A stretch of 64,000 bases of DNA from Promethearchaeota archaeon (GCA_016839585.1 JAEOTZ010000072.1:64001-128000), one strand, 5' to 3'. Shown: positions 50,382 to 60,469, counted from the first letter of the stretch. Numbers and translations: made by a program. The notes: generated from the sequence alone by a model not told the origin.

Positions 50382-50783
50382 ATGAAATTGATAAATTTTG
50401 CTGGGTTAATGCTTTTAAGTAGTGGACTGTTGATTTTCATTACACTTTTTTTTACTTTTATAAGATCAAGACCTTTTAATGAGGCAATCCTCCTTAGTGT
50501 TTTTATAAGTATTGTACCCTTTTTCATATCAGGCTTTTTAATTGAGATCTATTATGGGTGGAGCGGTCTATATAGGGATATAATTGATGATGCTCAAATT
50601 TATTTTCCTAGATTTAAACACGAATTTAAAGATGTTAAAGAAATTCAGAAAATTTTAAAAGAAAAAAGAGAAGAATTAGGTTCACTCAACAATGTCCATT
50701 TTAAATCATATATTGTCGATATAATGAGAAAAGATTTAAAATGTGAAATAAAATATTTGAAAAGGCAACTAACTAAGGAATGA
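50382..50783 (+). CDS. Hypothetical membrane protein (2 TM)
   Basis: Two N-terminal hydrophobic helices and a charged tail. Confidence 0.6.
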   Translation: MKLINFAGLMLLSSGLLIFITLFFTFIRSRPFNEAILLSVFISIVPFFISGFLIEIYYGWSGLYRDIIDDAQIYFPRFKHEFKDVKEIQKILKEKREELGSLNNVHFKSYIVDIMRKDLKCEIKYLKRQLTKE

Positions 50784-50808
50784 ATTAGTTTAAAATAAAT
50801 ATTTATTT

Positions 50809-51567
50809 CTAAAAGATAAAAGGAATAAGTGCTTTCCTATTTTTGGGATAATCTTTAAAAGTTTTGAGATACCATTTGTGATTACTTCTTGCTCTCGGTC
50901 CTAAATTGGCAGTAGTCCAGATTGCAAAGACTAATCCTGGTAGTGACCATGTCATAATCGCCCAACCATACCACTCTATTATTTCCCCTAAATAGCTAGG
51001 ACAACTTATAAATCGAAACATACCTCCATGAGGGATCTTAAAATCAGTTTCACCGGGGATACGTAGATTTCTGATTATATGATCAGAATGTATATGCATG
51101 AAAAAACCAGTAAAGAAGAATAATATGCCAATAATAAACATTGGGGTGAGAAACCAGCTTGTTTCATAGCCTCCTGAAAGCTTATTAATCCATCGTCCCT
51201 GAAGATATGCATTTGCAGAATTAAATATCATCCCAAAGAGAATTATAGTTATTGGCATTGGTCGTTTCCCTCTTATTAAACTGGGAAAAATAAATGTCCG
51301 GTATCCATAATGCATGAACCATAACCCCGAAAATAGAAGAGTCATGAATTTAGTTTGGTAATCTCCTATTATATAAAAGATAGCATAAAGAAATACTGTT
51401 GGAATTTCCATTATTACCCAGCCTAATTTATCATTAATGCTTGGTCCCCATTTTTTAGATATATGTTGTCCATATCCTGCTGTTATTTTTAATAATGATA
51501 TAAAAACAAAGACTGCAATTATGATCATAACAACCATAAACCAATTGAAAAAAATACTATCATCCAT
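50809..51567 (-). CDS. 3-oxo-5-alpha-steroid 4-dehydrogenase (SRD5A/DET2-like steroid 5-alpha-reductase)
   Basis: AGYG, GWVIMEIP, HYGYR, HSDHIIRNLR.PG, IP.GGMF..ISCP.Y.GEIIEW, NLGPRA..NH.WY. Confidence 0.9.
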   Translation of the reverse strand: MDDSIFFNWFMVVMIIIAVFVFISLLKITAGYGQHISKKWGPSINDKLGWVIMEIPTVFLYAIFYIIGDYQTKFMTLLFSGLWFMHYGYRTFIFPSLIRGKRPMPITIILFGMIFNSANAYLQGRWINKLSGGYETSWFLTPMFIIGILFFFTGFFMHIHSDHIIRNLRIPGETDFKIPHGGMFRFISCPSYLGEIIEWYGWAIMTWSLPGLVFAIWTTANLGPRARSNHKWYLKTFKDYPKNRKALIPFIF

Positions 51568-51624
51568 TTTTATAAACCTTTTAATTGCTTAATATAAATC
51601 TTCTCTTAATAATAACAAAAAAGA

Positions 51625-53175
51625 TTAATCAACAATGTCTTTATAACAATCTTCTGGATAGAAGTTATCTTCATCGTTAGTATGGTTTGGGTACCAAGCT
51701 TGGGCAAAGAAAGGATTTTTCCTTGCTTGTTCATCAAAATTCCATGGTGGAGGTAAGCATTCAGGGCACCAATGACCTGCTTTAAGGACAGTATATGGTC
51801 TCAATTCAAATTCATGACCAAATGCACATTTCCATTTGAGCTTAGAGTAAATATCTCCATCCCATTGAGTTGATAGACATTGACCACCTCTGAATTCTGC
51901 AGCTCCGTTTATGTCTTTTAAATCCAGTTTCTCCTTTGATTCATCGTACCCATGTTTGAGTGGATGCCATACTGGTTCAGGATGCATTTGAGGCATGTCC
52001 ACACCCCAGTCTGAAATAGACTCAAATTCCTCATAAGAACCATAAAATGAAGAGATTCTCATATCCATCTTATTTTTATACCAATATAATGTTCCTGTTT
52101 TATCCATTGCTAATTTTCTTAATTTTTTATAAGTGATTTTTTGAATCTTTTTCTTTAACCATGGAATTTTATTACTCAAATAAGTTACGATCTTCAAGTA
52201 AAACGGTCTATTCTTTCTTAAAATTTTAAAATACTCTTCGATAGAATCATTCCAATTATTAATGTATTTATTAAGTTCCTCGCTGTCATCAAAATATTGC
52301 ACATGAAAGTTTCTTAAGGCAAACCAACGACGCTGAGTTACATCATCAATTTTTCCTACACCATTCATTTCCATTGCTTCATTTAAAAAGTCATAGAATG
52401 TTATCCTGCAGGAGGGTCCTCCACCCATATTATAACATCTTCTCCAGAAGTCAGAGTCTTCTGGAACATCTAAACAATTAATTAAACCTTTACCCGCATC
52501 TTTTGATGTATTATTTTCCATAAAGGTATTAATTGGTTGATGGAACATAATTGGATCCATAAGAGACATTATATCAGGAATCATAATAAATGTCTGACGG
52601 AGTGAAGCCCAGTACTTAAGGTTAGATTCACAAAGTGCCATTTCTCCATTAATTTTTGTGATAGCATAGAAATCAAACACACTGGGTTTGATAGGATCAC
52701 CGATCCTACCATGATGAATAGGAGGTAAGCGATCACCCGTTGCTGCAACAGTTCCTATATATACAAATTTGATATGATCTGCACCTCCAGGTTGAGATTC
52801 TATCGCTTTAATGATATATTCAATGGCAGTTGTATTTACAGCTTTAGCCATCTCTGGATTACGGTCTGCTGCAGGAGGAATAAAACCCATCGGACAAAGA
52901 CACCAATCAATCCCTTTACAAGCTTCTTCAACATCGTTATAATTGGTAGCATCTCCCCAAATAATTTTTAATCCTTTTCCTTCTACTATACCTTTTCCAG
53001 GAATGGGCTTAATCCCACATTTTTTTTCATAGGGCTTAAAAATTTTTTTATTTTTCTTAGAAGGATGTTGAAGTAAGACAATATTATATTTATCCTTTTT
53101 TACCCATAAATTTTTAAATGCTTCAAAACCCATAGAACCACTTGCACCAGGTAAGAAAACTGTTTCTTTATTCAT
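51625..53175 (-). CDS. Extended SDR (3-beta-HSD/epimerase-like) with C-terminal zinc-ribbon domain
   Basis: GASGSMG, YAITK; WKCAFGHEF...HWCPEC. Confidence 0.8.
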   Translation of the reverse strand: MNKETVFLPGASGSMGFEAFKNLWVKKDKYNIVLLQHPSKKNKKIFKPYEKKCGIKPIPGKGIVEGKGLKIIWGDATNYNDVEEACKGIDWCLCPMGFIPPAADRNPEMAKAVNTTAIEYIIKAIESQPGGADHIKFVYIGTVAATGDRLPPIHHGRIGDPIKPSVFDFYAITKINGEMALCESNLKYWASLRQTFIMIPDIMSLMDPIMFHQPINTFMENNTSKDAGKGLINCLDVPEDSDFWRRCYNMGGGPSCRITFYDFLNEAMEMNGVGKIDDVTQRRWFALRNFHVQYFDDSEELNKYINNWNDSIEEYFKILRKNRPFYLKIVTYLSNKIPWLKKKIQKITYKKLRKLAMDKTGTLYWYKNKMDMRISSFYGSYEEFESISDWGVDMPQMHPEPVWHPLKHGYDESKEKLDLKDINGAAEFRGGQCLSTQWDGDIYSKLKWKCAFGHEFELRPYTVLKAGHWCPECLPPPWNFDEQARKNPFFAQAWYPNHTNDEDNFYPEDCYKDIVD

Positions 53176-53309
53176 TTTGGATTTACTCGAGTCTTACCTC
53201 CATTCTTGGTTTTATTAATCATTCTTATAATATCTTCTTCTAAATATGATTTATATTTAATAATAATAAAGAATTAAATTTTATTCTCTAAAATATATAT
53301 GTTATTATA

Positions 53310-53549
53310 ATGAGTGAAGCTGAAAACAAAGATGTAATAGAAAGTTATAAGTTTCACCACATTGACACAGGTAAGTGTCGTCAATGTAAAGAATTTTCTT
53401 GTGAAGAAGCTTGCTTTAGAGGAATTTATAAAGTAATTAATAAAGAGACAGTTCCTAAATCAACTGTTATACAAAAGCGAGAGGATCACTGTGTTAAATG
53501 CCATATTTGTACAACAGCATGTAAATTAGGAGCTATTACTATTGATTAG
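53310..53549 (+). CDS. 2x[4Fe-4S] ferredoxin
   Basis: CRQCKEFSCEEAC and CVKCHICTTAC. Confidence 0.85.
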   Translation: MSEAENKDVIESYKFHHIDTGKCRQCKEFSCEEACFRGIYKVINKETVPKSTVIQKREDHCVKCHICTTACKLGAITID

Positions 53550-53596
53550 ACTTTATACGTCTTCTATATATATTAATTATTCGATAAACTTATAAT

Positions 53597-53620
53597 TTAT
53601 AAATTGTTATAAATTGTTAG
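53597..53620. repeat. 10-bp tandem repeat (TTATAAATTG x2, plus partial) upstream of an Lrp gene
   Basis: Seen directly; helical-turn spacing would suit a regulator or promoter element. Confidence 0.5.
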
Positions 53621-53671
53621 CAATCCTATTCTAAAAGAATAGTAATAAAAAAACTTAATTAAAATGTTATT

Positions 53672-54211
53672 ATGATTAGTCAAAAGTTAAAATTAGACGA
53701 TATAGATCGTCAAATTATTACATTAGTACAAGAAGATCCGAATTTAACTCATACCCAAATTGCAGAAAGAATAAATCGTAGTCAGCCTACAGTTGGGATG
53801 CGTATTAAAAAACTTGAAAAATCGGGTATATTACAATTCCAACCTGGGATCAATTTTAAAAAAGTAGAATTGTTTTTAGCAACAGTGGAGATCAATTCAA
53901 GTAATCCTGAAGAAATTATGGAAATGGCAGCTTATTGTCCTTTCATGCTTAACGCTTTCAGATTGAGTGGAGAACATAATATTTGCATTTTATTAGCAAG
54001 TTCTAAACTTGATAAGCTTGATGCTATCGTAAATTACCATTTTAGAAAAAATCCAGAAATATCTTCAGTTTCATTGGAAGTTGTGACTGATATTGCTAAA
54101 GATTTTATATTGCCAATCGACTTTGACTCTGAACATCATGAACCCAATGAAGAAGTAGGTTGTGGAGAGAAATGCAAATATAAGCTAGCCAAGATGCAAG
54201 GTAAAACCTAA
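53672..54211 (+). CDS. Lrp/AsnC family regulator
   Basis: LDDIDRQII...SQPTVGMRIKKLE; RAM domain SGEHN. Confidence 0.92.
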   Translation: MISQKLKLDDIDRQIITLVQEDPNLTHTQIAERINRSQPTVGMRIKKLEKSGILQFQPGINFKKVELFLATVEINSSNPEEIMEMAAYCPFMLNAFRLSGEHNICILLASSKLDKLDAIVNYHFRKNPEISSVSLEVVTDIAKDFILPIDFDSEHHEPNEEVGCGEKCKYKLAKMQGKT

Positions 54212-54219
54212 TCAAATTT

Positions 54220-54789
54220 TTAATCTTCTTGTTTAAGCTCATTAAACTTGAATCTTGGTAAATCTTCTTTAAGATTGCATTCAGGACCGCAGTATCTACC
54301 ATCAAAATTCTCAATCGTGAAATCAATTGGGACTACGAAATCATGGATAGATTCTATTAAAATATTTGTTTTTACATTGATTACATTAGGGTCTCTTCTA
54401 AAACATAAATCTACTAATTTTTCGATTGTTTGTAAATCTGAAGCGGCAATAAAACAGAATAAATTAAATTCCCCAGAAATTTTAAATGCATGATTAATAA
54501 AGGGGCAATTTTCTATTTTTTTTACAATATTTTCAACATCTTTAGTTGAGATATAGGTAATAGCAACTTTGATATCAACTTCTTTTACATTAAATCCAAC
54601 TTGCTTTGTTAAAAGATGTTTTCTTTCCAATTTAATGATTCTTGCACCTACTGCAGGCTGGGATTTTTCAATCTCTTTAGCTATATCAGAGTGAGTTATA
54701 TCTGGGTTTTTCTCAATCATTTCGATGATCTTCTTATCGGCATCATCAATGCTTAATAATTCATTAAAACTTTTTTTCTTCATGTCCAT
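54220..54789 (-). CDS. Lrp/AsnC family regulator (convergent paralog)
   Basis: IDDADKKII...SQPAVGARIIKLE; SGEFN. Confidence 0.92.
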   Translation of the reverse strand: MDMKKKSFNELLSIDDADKKIIEMIEKNPDITHSDIAKEIEKSQPAVGARIIKLERKHLLTKQVGFNVKEVDIKVAITYISTKDVENIVKKIENCPFINHAFKISGEFNLFCFIAASDLQTIEKLVDLCFRRDPNVINVKTNILIESIHDFVVPIDFTIENFDGRYCGPECNLKEDLPRFKFNELKQED

Positions 54790-55054
54790 TTTATTTCATA
54801 ACCTCACGTTAATTTAAACTTATTTTTAATAAATTTAAATTTTTTTAAGAGCTTAGTTATAGAAATTAATACTATTAGAGATAAGCATTTTAATTTATAA
54901 ATATTAACCATAAAAATGATATATTCAACTTGGATTTATACTGTCAAACAACAATTTAGAACTTATTCGAATTTAAATTTATAAGTAAAATTAAATTGGA
55001 ATTTATTAGTTGAATATATTTACTTTAAAAAAAAAGCATTTAAAATATATATAG

Positions 55055-56968
55055 ATGGTAGAAATGGATGGAAAAAGAATTTCTTATCATGATTCAGTTT
55101 TAAAAGTGTATGAAAGAATTAAAAAAGATGGAGTAATAAATATTTGGGACCGTTTTGAGCAACAAGGGTTTGGTGGCGTTCCTGATAAACGATGTCCTTT
55201 TTGTTTAAAAGGAGCTAGATGTGATTTATGCTCAAATGGTCCATGTCGAGCAGATGCTTCAATCGATAAGAGAGGAGTATGTGGTATTACTGCTGATGGA
55301 ATGGCAATGCGTATGATGCTTCTGAGAAATATAATGGGTGCTTCTACTTATCATTATCACACAGAACAAACTATTAAAACTTTGAAAGCAACAGCAGAAG
55401 GAAAAACACCATTTAAAATTTCAGAACCAGAAAAGCTTAAGAGCTTTGCAAAAAGACTTGGTATTGATGATTTAGACTCTGAAAATGGATTAGCTATTCG
55501 CCTATGTAATTTTGTTAAAGAGGATTTTAACAGACCTTATGATCAGCCAAGTAAAATTGTTGAAGCTTTAGCACCAAATGAAAGGAAAGAAACATGGAAG
55601 AAACTTGGCATTTTTCCAGGAGGTATTTATGGAGAGATGATGCTTTCTTCAAGCTCTTGTCTGACTAATGTTGATGGTTATTATGCTAGTTTAGCTCTTA
55701 AAGCTATGAGACTTGGAATTTCTATGGCTTATCAAAGTCAGATAATTAATGAATTTTGCCAAGATATACTGTTTAACATACCAAGGCCCCATAAAATGCG
55801 TGTAAATTTAGGAGTTTTAGATCCTGATTATGTTAATGTTTTACCTAATGGACATGAACCATTTTTAGGATTTGCTATGGTTCAAGTTGCCAGAAAACCA
55901 GAATGGCAAGATAAAGCAAAGGCTGTAGGTGCTAAAGGTCTTAGGATAATAGCCAATATTGAAACAGGACAAGAAATGATACAAAGATGGGAAATGGATG
56001 ACGTTTTCTATGGGTTCACAGGTAATTGGATAATGCAGGAAGCTATTTTAGCTAGTGGTTGTATTGATATTTTTGTATGTGATATGAACTGTTCGATGCC
56101 TATTGATCCAATTTATGCTGAGAAATACAAATTTAAATTAATCCCTGTAAGTGAAGTAGTAGCTTTCGAAGGAATAACAGAAAGAGTAGATTATATTCCT
56201 GAAGAAGCAGAAAGACAGGCAGAACAACTTTTAATGATGGCAATTGACAACTTTAAAGAGAGGAGAGCGAATGTTGAAGCTGTTACAGGATTGGATATGA
56301 GTGAAGCAATGGTTGGATTCTCTACTGAGAGTATCCTTGATGCACTCGGTGGAACTTTAGATCCATTGCTAGATGCTATAAAAAATGGTTCTATAAGAGG
56401 AGTTGCTGGATTAATATCTTGTACAAGTTTAAGGGATTTTGGTCAAGATGTTCACACTATTAATATAGCTAAGGAATTGATCAAGAAAGATGTATTAGTT
56501 CTATCAATGGGGTGTGGAAATGGGGGTTTGCAAGTAGCAGGACTTTGTTCTCCAGAAGCAAAAAATCTAGCAGGTCCAGGACTTAAAAGTCTTTGCGAAA
56601 AACTCGGAATACCACCAGTTTTAAGTTATGGAACATGCACTGATACTGGTCGTGTAGCAGATCTTATTGCAGCAGTTTCAAATGCTTTAGGAGGAGTTCC
56701 AATCCCAGATTTGCCTATCGTGGCTGCTGCTCCCGAATACATGGAACAGAAGGCTACAATTGATGCTGTCTTCGCGCTAGCATTTGGATTATATACATAT
56801 GTGAACCCAGTGCCTACAGTTACAGGTGGTCCCGATCTAGTTAAACTTTTAACTGAAGATTGTAAAGATATTACAGGTGGTATTTTACATGTCGAAACAG
56901 ATGCAATTCAAGCAGTTAATTCTATGTTAGAACATATTGAAATAAATAGGAAAAAATTAGGTATATAA
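55055..56968 (+). CDS. cooS: CooS-family (Ni-CODH/HCP superfamily) protein with atypical C-cluster
   Basis: CPFC...CDLCSNGPC...CG; NGHEP; IETGQE; DMNC; SCT; GCG; GTCTD; EQKA. Confidence 0.9.
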   Translation: MVEMDGKRISYHDSVLKVYERIKKDGVINIWDRFEQQGFGGVPDKRCPFCLKGARCDLCSNGPCRADASIDKRGVCGITADGMAMRMMLLRNIMGASTYHYHTEQTIKTLKATAEGKTPFKISEPEKLKSFAKRLGIDDLDSENGLAIRLCNFVKEDFNRPYDQPSKIVEALAPNERKETWKKLGIFPGGIYGEMMLSSSSCLTNVDGYYASLALKAMRLGISMAYQSQIINEFCQDILFNIPRPHKMRVNLGVLDPDYVNVLPNGHEPFLGFAMVQVARKPEWQDKAKAVGAKGLRIIANIETGQEMIQRWEMDDVFYGFTGNWIMQEAILASGCIDIFVCDMNCSMPIDPIYAEKYKFKLIPVSEVVAFEGITERVDYIPEEAERQAEQLLMMAIDNFKERRANVEAVTGLDMSEAMVGFSTESILDALGGTLDPLLDAIKNGSIRGVAGLISCTSLRDFGQDVHTINIAKELIKKDVLVLSMGCGNGGLQVAGLCSPEAKNLAGPGLKSLCEKLGIPPVLSYGTCTDTGRVADLIAAVSNALGGVPIPDLPIVAAAPEYMEQKATIDAVFALAFGLYTYVNPVPTVTGGPDLVKLLTEDCKDITGGILHVETDAIQAVNSMLEHIEINRKKLGI

Positions 56969-56986
56969 TTTTTTTTAATTTTTTTT

Positions 56987-57949
56987 TTATATTATACTTC
57001 TAAATGTATTAATAACAAAAATTAATATAGTAAATCCGATTAAACCAATCACAAATTTTATAGGATCTCCTTTTTCTTTTTCTGGAATAACTTCTCTCAC
57101 GATTAAATATAAAATAACACCTGAAATGAAAGAAAAGAAAATATAAAGGAGTTCTAAATTATGGGGTAAGATTGATTTTAGGACAAAGCCAATAAAAATT
57201 CCTGTAAGTGCTGAAGTTGCTAGAATATACTTTTTTATAGGTTTTATATCATGTTCTATTGTCTCATAAATTTCCAAATCAGTAAATATGATATGTGCCT
57301 CTGATCTCTTTGTTATAACTGTTCGAAACCAAGCAAATATAAAAAAAAGAATCCCAGCTACTAATTCGATACTTAAAAGACCAACTAAAATAAGACCTAC
57401 AAGAATATGATAAATATAATCAGTAAAATATCTGAAATTAGTTAATTCTTTACTAATATGATTTTGAATTTTTGTTTTATATTTTTCAATTTCATTCTTC
57501 ATTTCTACTTCTTGTTCCTTCAAAATTAAGAGAGTTTGAGAAATCTCTTTTAAAGCAGCATCATCTAATTCTTTATGTGATAATTCCCTTGTAAGGATGT
57601 TTTCCATATTGTCTTCTACTGCTTCTAATGTATTCTCTTTTGTAATTAGTTTCCGCATTTTTTTCTGGGTTTTTGATTCAACTTTTTGTAAAATTAATTT
57701 TTCGGATATATGAATAAAAGAAAATCCTATTAAAACAAAAAGGTACTCAAAAAGTTCTGAATGAAATGGAAATTCTGGTAAATTCTCACCAATTTCGGGA
57801 AGGACAACAAGAAAAAAGTAAGAAATAGATATTCCTGCTATAAGGGAAGCGTGTAATTTAATTATTTTATGTTCGTAATAATCAGAAATAAAAAAGAATA
57901 CTCCAAAAATTAAAGAAAGAATAATAACCATTATCAGACTGTCTGTCAT
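56987..57949 (-). CDS. ZIP-like membrane transporter with cytoplasmic coiled-coil insertion
   Basis: SLIAGISISYFFLVVLPE and FISGVILYLIVREVIPE ZIP-like segments. Confidence 0.65.
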   Translation of the reverse strand: MTDSLIMVIILSLIFGVFFFISDYYEHKIIKLHASLIAGISISYFFLVVLPEIGENLPEFPFHSELFEYLFVLIGFSFIHISEKLILQKVESKTQKKMRKLITKENTLEAVEDNMENILTRELSHKELDDAALKEISQTLLILKEQEVEMKNEIEKYKTKIQNHISKELTNFRYFTDYIYHILVGLILVGLLSIELVAGILFFIFAWFRTVITKRSEAHIIFTDLEIYETIEHDIKPIKKYILATSALTGIFIGFVLKSILPHNLELLYIFFSFISGVILYLIVREVIPEKEKGDPIKFVIGLIGFTILIFVINTFRSII

Positions 57950-58055
57950 TATTATTGTTATTATTTTTAAGATTTTATAAAGTTTTTAATATAAAGTCAT
58001 AAAAGTGAAATTTAATTTATCAACTTAGGAACCATATTCTTAATGGTGAATATAA

Positions 58056-58958
58056 ATTCAATTTTTAATTATTACTTCAAGCGAAGATATTGCTTCGATG
58101 AATATTCGTAGTAAATTAATCAATTCAAAAGCCTTTGATTTTGAGGAAACTGAATATTTTTGGCATAAAAATTCGCTCTTTGAATTTAAAGGATTTTCTG
58201 GCAAGAAGGAACAAAATCTAAATTTTGATGCTGATCAAATATATCTTGGTTTAACAAAAGAATCCCTTATATTTTTGAATGATTTAAATTTAGCTAAATC
58301 TAAAATTAATCCAGATTTAATTATTTTTGCCAGTCGTCATAGATCTGAAGCTCAACGACCTGCTTTTTTAGCTCATCTTACCGGTAACTGGAGTAGCAAA
58401 GCTGAATTTGGAGGTAATCCTCGTGAATTATCTTTGGCAAGTGCTCTATTATTTAAAGCAGGATTTTTATCTTTGATAGAAAACTCAAAATCTACAGGCT
58501 TAACTAATTTTTCGACGGATATTGAAGTGACTCATCATGGTCCTACTACTTTACAGAAACCATTAATTTTTCTGGAACTAGGAAGCACTAAGGAGGAATG
58601 GAATAATAGCGAAGCTGGAGAGGTTGTAGCTAATTCTATTATTAATGCAATTTATAAATATTTAGATTTTAAGAAAAAAAAAGATCATCAAATTGGCTTA
58701 GGATGGGGAGGTACTCATTATGCTCCTAATTTTCATAGATTAGTAATAAATAGTACTGTCGCCATGTCTTTTATATGCCCTAAATACTATATACAAGAAC
58801 TAAATAGGGATTTGATTTCACAAATGATAGAAAATACCCTTGAAAGTGTTGACTATTTTATTATTGATTGGAAAGGCACTAATTCCGAAGATAAAAAGCA
58901 TTTGATTCCTTTATTAGAAGAGTTTGATATCCATATTAAAAAGACTAAAGAGTTTTAA
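58056..58958 (+). CDS. dtdA: D-aminoacyl-tRNA deacylase (archaeal DTD2/GEK1 type); likely ATT start at 58056
   Basis: SRHRS, HLTGN, EVTHHGPT, ELGS, GGTHY; conserved N-terminus LIITSSEDIASMNI lies upstream of the track's ATG 58098. Confidence 0.9.
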   Translation: MQFLIITSSEDIASMNIRSKLINSKAFDFEETEYFWHKNSLFEFKGFSGKKEQNLNFDADQIYLGLTKESLIFLNDLNLAKSKINPDLIIFASRHRSEAQRPAFLAHLTGNWSSKAEFGGNPRELSLASALLFKAGFLSLIENSKSTGLTNFSTDIEVTHHGPTTLQKPLIFLELGSTKEEWNNSEAGEVVANSIINAIYKYLDFKKKKDHQIGLGWGGTHYAPNFHRLVINSTVAMSFICPKYYIQELNRDLISQMIENTLESVDYFIIDWKGTNSEDKKHLIPLLEEFDIHIKKTKEF

Positions 58959-58987
58959 TCACCAGAAGATTTTAAATATTAAAAAAA

Positions 58988-59857
58988 TCAACTAGCTTCG
59001 TTTTTTATCTTTTCATAATATTTAATTAAATTTTTTAGTACATAGTGAGTAGGAGAATATCCTTGAATTGCTGATTTCGCCAAAACTTTAATGAGAAAAT
59101 CGCGATGTTTCACATTCTTATCAGGAGTGACATTTAATTCTCTAATATTATAAAAGCTGCGTACAAATAATGTTGGCCAATCAATAAGGGCTTGTAGTGT
59201 TTGACTATATTGTTCTTTACCGTCTTTACTTAATTCTAATTCCTTATTTAATTCATAAAAATTACTTTTTCCTTTCTTTTTAATCTTTATTATTCCATCT
59301 GCTTTAATTTCATTCATAATTTTATTTAAATCGGCAGATTTTACATTCTTAATATTTAACTTTTGTAGACTATCAAGGATCTCAGATGTTGTTTGGCCTT
59401 TTAACTTAATTAACACATAATTTCTTGCTATAATATTATATTTTAAAGGAACAGATTCATGATCTATTTTATTATATTGTATTAAATTGCCCAAAATCTG
59501 TTTTGCAACGAAATATTTAAGAATAATCTGATCATCTTCAGAAAAATCTTTTTTAAACAAATCAGAATTAAAATAATGATTATATAAGGTTTGTAATAAT
59601 GATTTTATGGAATAAAATCCATCAACTACAGATTCTTCAACATTTTTCAAAACACTGATTCTGTAATTAACATCATTAAGGAATTTTTCTTTGTCTAAAG
59701 GTATTTGGCGAACAATATGAGGTTTGCTATTAAGAGGTTTTAAATATTCATCCCATTTTTTTTTAAAGCGATAAGATTGAGTTTTTACTATATTTGAGAG
59801 TTTATGTACAACTTCTAAAAGTTTATTTAAAAATTCCGCTTCAGAAACTTCAGTCAT
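58988..59857 (-). CDS. Hypothetical protein with possible winged-helix segment
   Basis: LNKIMNEIKADGIIKIKKKGKSNFYEL resembles a wHTH recognition helix plus wing. Confidence 0.6.
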   Translation of the reverse strand: MTEVSEAEFLNKLLEVVHKLSNIVKTQSYRFKKKWDEYLKPLNSKPHIVRQIPLDKEKFLNDVNYRISVLKNVEESVVDGFYSIKSLLQTLYNHYFNSDLFKKDFSEDDQIILKYFVAKQILGNLIQYNKIDHESVPLKYNIIARNYVLIKLKGQTTSEILDSLQKLNIKNVKSADLNKIMNEIKADGIIKIKKKGKSNFYELNKELELSKDGKEQYSQTLQALIDWPTLFVRSFYNIRELNVTPDKNVKHRDFLIKVLAKSAIQGYSPTHYVLKNLIKYYEKIKNEAS

Positions 59858-60039
59858 TCAAGAAATACCTTAACTCTATTACTCATATTTTTTTAAGATT
59901 TTTTTTAGAGATAATAATATTAAAATCTGAAAATTTTTAAACTTTAGAAAAAACTTTAACAAAAATTAACTGTTATATTGAATAAAAAGAATTAGTTAAT
60001 AAGATTTAAATTGATACTCTCAAATAAGGTAAAAAAAAC

Positions 60040-60429
60040 ATGAAGATTGACCATATCGCAATAGCTTGTAACTCCGAATTTGACTCAGATAAATTTTTTA
60101 CAGATTTATTAGGTCTGAAAAAAGTGAGAAAATTTATGGTTTCATCAGAACTAATAGTAAAATTTTTTGGAAGAAAAAAAGAACAAGAAGTTATCCGATA
60201 TGAAAATGAGAACTTAAGTGTGGAAGTATTTATAATAAATGATAATAGAGAAGCAAAGGACATTTATACTCATTCTTGTTTGACAGTAAAAAATCGAGAT
60301 AGGCTTGTAGAAAAAGCATCCTCGATGGGCTTTACTGTGATAAAGGTTCCGAGGAAGAATAGTAATGATTATTATCTTTTTATTAAAGACTCATTCCAAA
60401 ATCTTTATGAAATAAAAGAAGAATTGTAG
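60040..60429 (+). CDS. VOC/glyoxalase family protein
   Basis: IDHIAI...FFTDLLGL...HSCL...FIKDSFQNLYEI. Confidence 0.85.
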   Translation: MKIDHIAIACNSEFDSDKFFTDLLGLKKVRKFMVSSELIVKFFGRKKEQEVIRYENENLSVEVFIINDNREAKDIYTHSCLTVKNRDRLVEKASSMGFTVIKVPRKNSNDYYLFIKDSFQNLYEIKEEL

Positions 60430-60469
60430 TAATTATATTAACTTCTTATATATAGGTAGATTTTATAGA

